In this document: positions 9,842 through 18,429 of the stretch, in pieces
How the letters are laid out: each line of letters opens with the position of its first letter
Numbering within the stretch: position 1 is the stretch's first letter
Source: an uncultured Gemmataceae bacterium
GTDB taxonomy: Bacteria > Planctomycetota > Planctomycetia > Gemmatales > Gemmataceae
Direction of reading: 5' to 3'
Length of the DNA: 64,000 nt
Assembly: GCA_963750165.1 (NCBI GenBank)
Contig: CAVVPN010000001.1
Location: 352,001 to 416,000 of the forward strand
Made by a program: the position numbers and the translations under genes
Notes under the pieces: model-generated
What the model saw: the letters and a program-made list of their open reading frames with translations, nothing else
Databases searched by the model: none
What the model was told of the DNA's origin: nothing

Positions 9842-10242
9842 CCGACCGCCTGCGCCGCCTCACCCCCGCGCCGGGGCCCGACCGCGACGCGCTGCTGTTC
9901 GCTGCCGGTCGCGCCAGCGCCCGCCCCGCCCGCCGCTGGCAGGCGCTCACCGCTGTCCTGGCGGCGACGCAACTGGTGACGCTCGGCTTGCTGCTGTGGC
10001 CGCGGCCCGTGCTGCCGACGCCAGGCGGCCCACCCGTCCTGGTGGACGCGCCGTTCCCCTTTGAACCGTCCCCGCAGCCGCTGCCGCCGACCGCGTCCGA
10101 GGTGCCGCACCTGCTGATCCTGCGCGACCGCGCCCTGGCGACGGACGGGAACCTGCCGCCGGCCGCCCCCGTTGATTCGCTGGCGCCGCCGCAACCACCG
10201 CTGCGCGCCTTCGGCGCGCCGTCGCCAGACCTGTTGAAATAA
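9823..10242 (+). CDS. Putative anti-sigma factor (single TM)
   Basis: Overlaps the sigma gene end; LRRLTP..DRDALLFAAG followed by a hydrophobic helix. Confidence 0.65.
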   Translation: MSDNSLTDRLRRLTPAPGPDRDALLFAAGRASARPARRWQALTAVLAATQLVTLGLLLWPRPVLPTPGGPPVLVDAPFPFEPSPQPLPPTASEVPHLLILRDRALATDGNLPPAAPVDSLAPPQPPLRAFGAPSPDLLK

Positions 10243-10269
10243 TCCCATCTCATCCCAAGGAGTGAACCC

Positions 10270-11634
10270 ATGATCCGCGTCCTTCTGGCGGCCGCCGCGC
10301 TGCTGGTGCTGGCGGCCCCCGGTTGGGCCCAGGCCGACCAGGACAACCCGTTTCTGATCCGCCTGAAGGTCCACGCCGCCGCCGCGCCGAAGCCGGCCCT
10401 GAAGTATCAACTGCTGCCGGAGCTGCGCGAGATGCATCCCGGCAACCCGATTTTCGGCTACCTGAAGTGCTTCCCGGAGCAAAACAATTTCTTCCACAGC
10501 AAGGAGGCGTCGGACGAGCGGGAGAAGTTGCTGGAGATGCCACTGGCGGAACTGGCGAAGAAGAAGCTGGGCGGCTACGGCGGCATTGCCCTGAAGCGGG
10601 CCGACGCCGCCGCCCGACTCCAGCATCCCGACTGGCAAACGCTGCAACAACTCCGCACCGAGGGCTTTTACCTGCTGGTGCCCGAACTGCAACAGATGCG
10701 CACGCTGACCCACGCCCTGTCGGCGCGCTTCCGCGTCGAGGTCGCCGAGCGCCGCTTCGACGACGCCGTGGTCACTGCCAAAACGATGTTCGCGCTGGCC
10801 CGCCATACGGGCGAGCATCCCACGCTGATCGGCGACCTGGTCGGCCTCGCCATTGCCTCCATCACCATCGGCAACCTGGACGAAATGCTACAGCAGCCGG
10901 GCTGCCCCAACCTGTACTGGGCGCTGACGGCCCTGCCACGGCCGTTCATCGACCTGCGCCGCGGCCTGCAGGGCGAACGCGTGGCGATGGACCGGGAGAC
11001 CCGCACCGTGGTCGCGAACGCGCCCATGACCGCGGCGCAGATCAAGAAAGTCGTGGACCGTCTCAGCTCCGTGGTGGACGGGGGAAAGGACCCCCAGGCG
11101 GCCCACGCCTGGCTGGCGGAGCGGGTCAAGGACGAAGCGTACGTCCAGGCCGCCCGCCAGCGCCTGGTGGAGCACGGCCTGACCGCGGAGCGCGTCAAGG
11201 AGTTCCCCGCGGCCCAGGTGCTGCTGCTGGACGAGAAGTTCGCTTTCGAGGTGCAGCGCGACGACGCCATGAAGGTGATGCTGTTGCCGTACTGGCAGGT
11301 GGGAAAAATGCTGGCCGCCCGCAAGCAAAAGGATCGGCATCTGTTCAATCGGCTGCTGCCGTCCTTCATGAAGGTGCGCTACGCGCAAACGCGGCTGGAG
11401 CAGCGCTTCGCCCTGCTGCGCTGCGTCGAGGCGCTGCGGCTGTACGCGGCAGAGCACGGCGGCAAGTTGCCGGCCAAGCTCGCGGACGTGCCGGTGCCGG
11501 TGCCCGACGACCCGTTCACCAGCCAACCGTTCTCCTTCCAGCTCGACGGTGACACCGCCATCCTGCGCGGTGGCTTGCCGCCGGGGACGGCGGAAACCCT
11601 CCGCGTCACCTATCGCGTGACCGTCGTGAAGTGA
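10270..11634 (+). CDS. Secreted hypothetical protein (planctomycete family)
   Basis: Signal peptide; C-terminal LRLYAAEHGGKLP..DDPFT motif. Confidence 0.75.
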   Translation: MIRVLLAAAALLVLAAPGWAQADQDNPFLIRLKVHAAAAPKPALKYQLLPELREMHPGNPIFGYLKCFPEQNNFFHSKEASDEREKLLEMPLAELAKKKLGGYGGIALKRADAAARLQHPDWQTLQQLRTEGFYLLVPELQQMRTLTHALSARFRVEVAERRFDDAVVTAKTMFALARHTGEHPTLIGDLVGLAIASITIGNLDEMLQQPGCPNLYWALTALPRPFIDLRRGLQGERVAMDRETRTVVANAPMTAAQIKKVVDRLSSVVDGGKDPQAAHAWLAERVKDEAYVQAARQRLVEHGLTAERVKEFPAAQVLLLDEKFAFEVQRDDAMKVMLLPYWQVGKMLAARKQKDRHLFNRLLPSFMKVRYAQTRLEQRFALLRCVEALRLYAAEHGGKLPAKLADVPVPVPDDPFTSQPFSFQLDGDTAILRGGLPPGTAETLRVTYRVTVVK

Positions 11635-11647
11635 TCGGAGCGGCAGC

Positions 11648-11722
11648 AGCGCTAAGCCGCAAGCGGCAGCAAGACGGGGCTCGCGCTCCAGCCCGTCTTG
11701 CTGCCGCTTGCGGCTTAGCGCT
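11648..11722. repeat. REP-like palindrome (AGCGCTAAGCCGCAAGCGGCAG family)
   Basis: Long inverted repeat; a half copy recurs at ~43038-43059. Confidence 0.75.
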
Positions 11723-13540
11723 CTGACGCCTTCCCGGCGCGCCCGTTCAGTCCGGCGTCCTGCCGCTTGTTGCGGTCGCGCACCGTGGACCACAGCGCCC
11801 GAATCCCCTTCCAGCGTTCGCAGTCCGGCGGCACTCCCAGCACCCGCAGCAGTCGCTCGACGTGGAACCAGCGCAGCGCCGCGTCGCGGTCGATGCGCTG
11901 GAACTCGCGCACCAGCACCGAATAGTTGAAGCCCAGTTTCGGACTCAGATCGCGCAGCGTGTTCGCCTTCTCGGCGATCAGGTAGCGCAATTCCACCGCC
12001 AGCGGCGAGGCGAAGCGCGCCTGCAACTGTGCCCGGTAGCGTGCCGCCCAGTCGCGCGCAGATCCGCCAGTTCTTCGACACCGCCCGCCAGCGCCAGCTG
12101 CTCCACGACCGGCCACGCCGGCAGATCGCCGCCGTGCAGCAGCGTCCGCAGCCTGCCGATCCACAGGCCGCGCAGCCCCGCGCGCTTCAGCAGTCGTGCC
12201 AGCGGCACCAGCCCGCCCTCGCGCTCCGCCAGTGCCGCGACCAGCGCCGCCACCGTCGTTGGCGCCCGCCACGCCGTGCGTTGCGCCGCCCGCGCTGCCC
12301 GCTGCTGCAGCAGCGCCGCGACGCGCCGCTGTCCGGCCTGGTGCAGCGCCTGCACGATGCGGCGGCGAGCGCTGTCCAGCAGCGGACTGACGCCGCGCTC
12401 GATGCGCTGATACTCCAGGCTCGGGTAGCCCAGCAGCGCCTCCATGTCCGCCAGGCCGAAGCCGTACTGCTCGCGCACCAATCGCAGTTCGACGCGCGTC
12501 TCCGGCCGGCGGCGACGGTGGAACTGCTCGCGCCGCTGCCGCCACAACTCCAGCAGACGGTCGCGCTCCGCCTGGTCGTCGGTCAGCACGGCGGCCAGGC
12601 CCGCGGGGTACGCCTGTGCCGAGTACAGGCCGTCCTCCTCGATGTGCTTGAGGATGCGCGCCGGCTTCTTGCCGCCGACGCCGAACAGGTCCGCCAGCTC
12701 CCGGCGACTGACGCCCTGCCGCTCGCGTAGTCGCTTCAGCGCCGGCCCGAAGCCTGGCGGGTGCGGCGGCGCCGGCTCGCCCTGGCGCCACAGGTGTTCG
12801 AGCGCCCGCAGTTCGGCGTCGTCCTGGCACAGCGCCCGCGCCGCGGCGGCGACCTCGTCCCAGGGCGGCAGTTCCAGGTAACGCAGGCGGCGAAAGGTGG
12901 CGTTGCGCACGCCGAGGCGCAGCAGGTGGCTCTCGGGGTGACCGGCGCAGGCGCAGAGCAGACACAACTCGGCCCAGGCCGGCGGCAGGCCGCGCTCAAG
13001 GAGGCGGCGGCGCTGGGCGGCGGCCCACAGCGCCTCGGCCTCGGCCGCGTCTTCGCCAACGGCGGCGCACATTTGCCGCAGCAGCGCCAGCGGCAGTGGG
13101 AAACTACCGCGGCGGTACTCCCATAGCGTCGTGGCGCTGATGCCGACTCGCTGCGCCAGCGTCCGCGCCGAGCCCGCCCGCAGTTCCAGCCGGCCCAGCA
13201 ACTGCTCCAGGGTGCCGCCGGGGCCGACGTACAGGCACTGCAATTCATCGAGGTAATGGGCGGGGACGTGCTGCGTGCGGCAGAAGTCGAGGAAGTGCTG
13301 GAGGGTCTGGCGCGTCGGCTGGTGGACGCCGAGTTCGAGGTCGCGGAGAGCGCCACGGCTGACGCCACAGCGGCGGGCGCACTCCAGGCGGGTCAGGCCG
13401 AGCACCTCGGCGCGGAGGGTGACGACGAGGCGAGCCAGCGGGGCTGCTGTCTGGGCGCGCTCGACGGCGCGGCGGCGCAGGTGGGCGTTGCGGAGGGCGT
13501 GGCCGGCCAGGGGAGCGGCGGTGGTGGCGTCCTGGGGCAT
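11715..13540 (-). CDS. Multi-HTH (about 7 XRE-like modules) DNA-binding protein, frameshift ~12056
   Basis: ORF 11978-13540 continues in the frame of ORF 11715-12965 (DWAARYRAQL...); repeated XRE-like motifs. Confidence 0.7.
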
Positions 13541-13753
13541 ACGGCTCTCGGGCTCGGGACGGCAGCGCGGGCAGGCAATCCAAGCGGGTTGGGGTTCCGG
13601 TGGGGCGGCGGGTGGGCGGCAAGCGTGGGGGTAGTAAATATGAGATTAACCGGCCCGGCGGCGAATGCAATCAGAATTTTGCGAAAGTGCCCCAATCGCG
13701 GTTCGCGCGGGGGTGAAGTGACGCGAACCGGGAACAGGGCCAGCGGGGAGTAA

Positions 13754-14638
13754 GTGACTGTCCCATAAGGGGGGAGGAATGCGTATAATGTACCATGAGA
13801 ACGCAATCCTATCCCAGCGACGTGACCGATGCCCAGTGGACCTTGATCGAGCCGCACCTCCCCGTCTATCCCGGCGGGCGGCCCCGCACCACCAACCTGC
13901 GCAACGTCGTCGATGCCATCTTCTACCTGCTGCGCACCGGCTGCCAGTGGCGCTACCTGCCCAAGGACTTCCCGCCCAAAAGCACCGTCTGGCGCTACTT
14001 CGACGAGTGGCGGCACAATGGCACCCTCGACGTTCTCCACGACCTGCTCCGCAAAAAAGTCCGCACGCAGCAGAAGCCCTACCAGCCTCGGACCACGGCC
14101 AGCGTGGACAGCCAGTCGGTGGACACCACCTCCGGCGGCGAGCAGCGCGGCCGGGACAACGCCAAGAACGTCGATGGCCGTAAACGCCATATCGTGGTGG
14201 ATAGCATGGGCTTGCTGCTGGCCGTGCTGGTGACCGCCGCCAGCGCCGATGACGGCGCGGTGGCGGCCCAGTTGTTCGCCCGGCTGCAGGGCCAGCCGGT
14301 GGGCAAGGTGCGGCGAATGTTCGCGGACAGCAAGTACCACAACTACGCCCTCTACGAGTGGGTCCAGGAGAACGCCCCCTGGGAGCTGGTGATCGTGCGG
14401 CGGCCGGCGGGGAAGCGCGGTTGGGAGAAACTGCCGCTGCGCTGGACGGTGGAGCGGACCTTCGCCTGGCTGGGGAAGTGCCGGCGGCTCTCCAAGGACC
14501 GGGAGAAGAGCGCGCTCTCGTCGGAGGCGTTCGTCAAGTTGGCCATGATCCACCTCATGCTCAACAGGCTCCAGCCCAAGGACACGAAGGCCAAGTTCTA
14601 CTATCGCCCAGCTGCTTGACCCCTTATGGGACAGTCAC
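13754..14638 (+). mobile_element. Complete IS5-family (IS1031 group) insertion sequence
   Basis: 19-bp perfect IRs gtgactgtcccataagggg; TAA target duplication at 13751-53 and 14639-41. Confidence 0.95.
13795..14619 (+). CDS. IS5-family transposase
   Basis: YPSDVTDAQW, GCQWRYLP, DSQSV, KRHIVVD, ADSKY and RWTVERTFAW motifs. Confidence 0.95.
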   Translation: MRTQSYPSDVTDAQWTLIEPHLPVYPGGRPRTTNLRNVVDAIFYLLRTGCQWRYLPKDFPPKSTVWRYFDEWRHNGTLDVLHDLLRKKVRTQQKPYQPRTTASVDSQSVDTTSGGEQRGRDNAKNVDGRKRHIVVDSMGLLLAVLVTAASADDGAVAAQLFARLQGQPVGKVRRMFADSKYHNYALYEWVQENAPWELVIVRRPAGKRGWEKLPLRWTVERTFAWLGKCRRLSKDREKSALSSEAFVKLAMIHLMLNRLQPKDTKAKFYYRPAA

Positions 14639-14747
14639 TAAGAGGTTGTGCGAGAAGAAGTAGGTCCGGCGAGCCGAGCCGGACCCGCAGCGGGTGCCGC
14701 TCGGCTCGCGGCACCTACCGTGTCGCACAGACACTAACGGTTGTCTG

Positions 14748-15764
14748 CTACCGCCCCATGCCGAGCACCACCCGGAACCGCGCCTTGCCGCTCATCATGC
14801 GCTCGTACGCCTCGGCGACCCGCTCCAGCGGAAAATGCTCGTTCATCGACTTGACCCCCGTGCGCGAGCTGAAGACGAGCGCGTCCTGCGTGTCGATGGA
14901 CGTGCCGGAGTACCAGCCCTTGACCGCCCGGCAGCCCATGAGGAGGTTGAGCGAATCGACCTGCAGGGACGGCACCGCGCCGATGACCAGGAGGGTGCCG
15001 TTGACCGCGAGGCCACCCTGTACCGCGCTCATCGCCGGGCCGCTGGTCACGGTCGCCAGGATCGCTTTGGCGCCGCCGAGTTTCTGCAGTTCGGCCGCGG
15101 GGTCCTGGGCCTGGCTGTCGATGTAGACCGCGGCGCCCAGCTGGCGGGCGAGCGGCGCCTTGTCCTGGCCGCGGGCGATGGCGACGGTGTGCTGGCCCAT
15201 CTTCGCGGCGTACTGCACGCCAAGGTGACCGAGGCCGCCCAGGCCGAGGACCGCAACGACATCACCGGGCCGGACGCCGCTGTTGCGCAGGGCGTTGAAC
15301 GTGGTGACGCCGGCGCACATCAGCGGCGCCACCTCGGCGGCCGGCAGTTCCGACGGCATCCGCGCAACGGCGCTGGCGGGGGCGATCAGGTATTCGCCGT
15401 AGCCGCCGTCGAAGGTGAGGCCGGTGACCTGGCCGGTGACGCAGGCGAAGAATTCACCGCGGCGGCAGGGATCGCAGTGGCCGCAGTAGCCGCCGTGCCA
15501 GCCGACACCAACACTCTGGCCGGGCTTCCAGACGGGGACGCCGGCGCCGACCGCGTCGATGACGCCGGCGACCTCGTGACCGGGGACGCGCGGGTACTGG
15601 ATGCCCGGGAACATCCCGTCCTTGACGAGGCTGTCGCTGTGACAGACGCCGCACGCCTGCACCTTGATGCGCACGGTGCCGGGACCGGGTTCGGGGATCG
15701 GGCGCTCGACGATCTCAAACGGGCCGTTGGGACGCGGGACCTGCGCGACGCGCATCGTGGCCAT
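14748..15764 (-). CDS. Zn-dependent alcohol dehydrogenase
   Basis: CHSD, GHE, CxxCxxC..C and GLGGLG motifs. Confidence 0.93.
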   Translation of the reverse strand: MATMRVAQVPRPNGPFEIVERPIPEPGPGTVRIKVQACGVCHSDSLVKDGMFPGIQYPRVPGHEVAGVIDAVGAGVPVWKPGQSVGVGWHGGYCGHCDPCRRGEFFACVTGQVTGLTFDGGYGEYLIAPASAVARMPSELPAAEVAPLMCAGVTTFNALRNSGVRPGDVVAVLGLGGLGHLGVQYAAKMGQHTVAIARGQDKAPLARQLGAAVYIDSQAQDPAAELQKLGGAKAILATVTSGPAMSAVQGGLAVNGTLLVIGAVPSLQVDSLNLLMGCRAVKGWYSGTSIDTQDALVFSSRTGVKSMNEHFPLERVAEAYERMMSGKARFRVVLGMGR

Positions 15765-15833
15765 GATACCTCCTGTTGTTCGCCGTCAGACACGCCTGAC
15801 ATTTGCGTGAAACGCAAGGGATCCGATGGATTG

Positions 15834-16330
15834 CTAAGCGCGGCGTACCACAACCGCGCCAGTCGGCATGCCCTCGGCGTCGTACACATCCACGAACAGG
15901 CCGTGTTCGACGCTGAACGCTCCACCGTGTTCCCAAATCTCGATCCAGGGCTCATAGGGGTTGGGAAGCCCGGCTGTTGCCGGACATCGCTCCCATTTCA
16001 CGAACCAAAGGGCGATTCGGCTATCAACATTACGCTGACCCGGAATCTCTGCACTTCGAGCGGACGACTTTTCCTCAACCGTTAGTCGGAACTCAGGAGC
16101 GATGGCAGCGACCGCATCCTGGAATATGGGGTACTGGATGTCGAACAGCGCTTCAACCTCAGACCATCGTTGTTTCCCCAGGGCTGCGGCCTGGAGGAAT
16201 TGATCGCGTGTCCACGGTCCCACAGCCACCCCAGGGCGTATTCTTTGGACTCGTTCGAGTGCGTCCACTGCCCATTTCTCCGTTCGCAACCAGTATTTAA
16301 GCAGCCACAAACCGGCGGGTTCTCGATCAC
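15834..16330 (-). CDS. Hypothetical protein (start uncertain)
   Basis: Lower-GC ORF directly downstream of the TA pair; C-terminal LPNPYEPWIEIWEHGG..EHG. Confidence 0.45.
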
Positions 16331-16677
16331 AAGGGCAGGTAAACCACCTGGTCCCGAACGTCGTTCGGGTCACCGATGACGGCGAGGAATTCCACTTCGT
16401 CGATGGCCTGGCCGATGGTCAGCAGAGTGCGCAAGATTGCGACACCCGGCATCGGCAAGCCGCGGGCGACGCGGTCCCAGGCATCGACGGCCAGCGTTTT
16501 CTTGTCCACGGAGACGACCACGCGCCCTGCCGCGGCCGCCCACTCCAGAATGTCCGGGTCCGGCGTGTGGCGCAGTCCGACATCCTGAACGCGAACCAGA
16601 TCCAGTGTGGGCTGGCGCAACCGCAACCCGGCCACGATGTGACCATGTACGTTTTCGTCAATCAGGAATCGGAGCAT
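16327..16677 (-). CDS. DUF5615 family PIN-like toxin
   Basis: FLIDEN..DPDILEWA..VVSVD, a PIN-like acidic set. Confidence 0.85.
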   Translation of the reverse strand: MLRFLIDENVHGHIVAGLRLRQPTLDLVRVQDVGLRHTPDPDILEWAAAAGRVVVSVDKKTLAVDAWDRVARGLPMPGVAILRTLLTIGQAIDEVEFLAVIGDPNDVRDQVVYLPL

Positions 16678-17020
16678 GACCGTTCGCCGCCCGGGCCCGG
16701 GCGGCGTCCAGACGAGCCTTGAGTGACGCCAGGCGGCCTGCGTTGGCGCTCTCGATTTGCTGACGCAGCGCTTCGGCCTCCGCTTCGCGCTGCCGCAGGT
16801 ACTCGTCCAGCTCGGCCTGGTGGCGGTGGTAGTACGCCAGGGCGCCGTAGATGTCGGCCAGCGTCAGCGTGTCCAGGCCGCTGGCGATCTCTTCCGGCGT
16901 CATCCCCAGGCTCCGATATTGCAGCAGCACGTCCAGGGTGACGCGCGACTGGCCGACTCGGATGGTGCCCGTCTCATCCGTGTGCAGCGGCACCGCGTCG
17001 GCGTGAATGGTAATGGTCAT
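16658..17020 (-). CDS. DUF433 family antitoxin
   Basis: IRVGQSRVTL..TPEEIA..LTLADIYGALAYY; overlaps the toxin gene. Confidence 0.85.
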   Translation of the reverse strand: MTITIHADAVPLHTDETGTIRVGQSRVTLDVLLQYRSLGMTPEEIASGLDTLTLADIYGALAYYHRHQAELDEYLRQREAEAEALRQQIESANAGRLASLKARLDAARARAANGHAPIPD

Positions 17021-17095
17021 GGCCCAACCCCCTTGCAGCGGCCCAACAGACCCTGCGAGTTTATTCTAGCGGACAAATCCTGTCCGCATAACCGC

Positions 17096-18136
17096 TCACA
17101 CCGGCCGCCCCAACTCCTCGCGCACCAGCCGCACGCCATGCACCATGCTCGCCAGTTTACGGCACGCGATGAACCGCGCCGTCTGCGAAAACCCGCAGTC
17201 CGGCGTCACGTGGACGCGCTCCGGCTCGATGTACTTCAGCGTCAGCCGCAGTCGCTCCGCGACCAACTCCGGCGGCTCGATCCACGTGTTCTTCACGTCC
17301 ACCAGCCCGACCGCCAGTTCCATCGGCGGCTTGATCTCGCGAGCCAGTTCGATCTCGGCCATCTCACGGCTGGCGAACTCCAGGGCCAGCTGTTGCACCG
17401 CCGCCCGCGCCAGGTGCGGGAACAGCGGCCGATAGCTGCGCCAGCCGACCGCCCGGCCGCGGTAGTTGCCGAAGCACATGTGCATGCTGATGGGTACCGG
17501 CACACCCGCTACCGTGCGCGCGATCAGGTCGAGGAAGCGCTCCGGGTTGTCTGGGTGGCACGCGAAGCTCGGCTCGTCCAGCTGCAAAAACTCGACGCCC
17601 GCGGCGACCAGCCGTTTCATCTCCGCGTTGACGATCGGCACCAGGGCCTCGGTGATTTCCTGGCGGTCGCGGTACACGTCGCCGCCCTGCAGGCAGCCGG
17701 CCAGCGTGAACGGCCCGGAGATGGGCACCTTGACCAGCCCGTCCGTCAGTGTCCGCAGCCGCTGATACTCTTCTACCAGGCCGAGGCCGCACGGCGCCGC
17801 CAGCGGCGCGACACAATGGTAGCGGTTGCGCTGGTCGTGGGCCGGCGGTCCCCAGCGCCGCGCCGGCGGCAACGGCTCGATGCCGGTCAGGTAGTCGTAG
17901 AAGCCGAGGTTGAAATCGACGCGCTGCATTTCGCCGTCGGTGACGATGTCGGCGCCGGCCTGGAGCTGATCGTCGAGGGCCAGGCGCACCGCGTCGCGCA
18001 CGGCCTCGGCGCGGTCCTCGGAGCCGAACAGGTCCGGCTGGCGCACGGCGTCCTCGCAGAACTTCGCGTACCAGCCGGGAAACGACCAGCTACCGATCAC
18101 CGTCGCGGGAATCAGCGGGAGTGTGTTTGTCGCCAT
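17096..18136 (-). CDS. Single-domain cobalamin-independent methionine synthase (MetE C-terminal-like)
   Basis: GSW, TDGE, QLDEP, HMC, E and PDCG zinc-binding motifs; 346 aa. Confidence 0.85.
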   Translation of the reverse strand: MATNTLPLIPATVIGSWSFPGWYAKFCEDAVRQPDLFGSEDRAEAVRDAVRLALDDQLQAGADIVTDGEMQRVDFNLGFYDYLTGIEPLPPARRWGPPAHDQRNRYHCVAPLAAPCGLGLVEEYQRLRTLTDGLVKVPISGPFTLAGCLQGGDVYRDRQEITEALVPIVNAEMKRLVAAGVEFLQLDEPSFACHPDNPERFLDLIARTVAGVPVPISMHMCFGNYRGRAVGWRSYRPLFPHLARAAVQQLALEFASREMAEIELAREIKPPMELAVGLVDVKNTWIEPPELVAERLRLTLKYIEPERVHVTPDCGFSQTARFIACRKLASMVHGVRLVREELGRPV

Positions 18137-18192
18137 GTCATCCTCCGGCGCGGGGGGTGCCAGGGGCTGCCAGGTAGGGCGGTCAAGGGTGC

Positions 18193-18249
18193 CGAATCTC
18201 GACGTATGAAAAAGTTGGCCCCCTTGGCTCCCTTGGCCCCCTTGCTGTG
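18193..18249. repeat. Dispersed repeat (inverted copy at ~48207-48263)
   Basis: cgaatctcgacgtatgaaaaagttggcccccttggctcccttggcccccttgctgtg matches the reverse complement of ~48207-48263 with 1 mismatch. Confidence 0.8.
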
Positions 18250-18429
18250 ACCGCCGCAGTCAGCCAGCGACTCCCAGCGCCACCCGGACAGCTCCTCAAC
18301 AATCCGCCCCGCCGCTCTGATGATTGGGTTCCGAAAGCCCCGGTTGATGATACGCGGCGCTTGTCCCGCTGGCCGGGGTCGGGTATTCTGCAAAGACGTT
18401 GCCCGCTACCCCGCCGTGAGGAACCCGCC

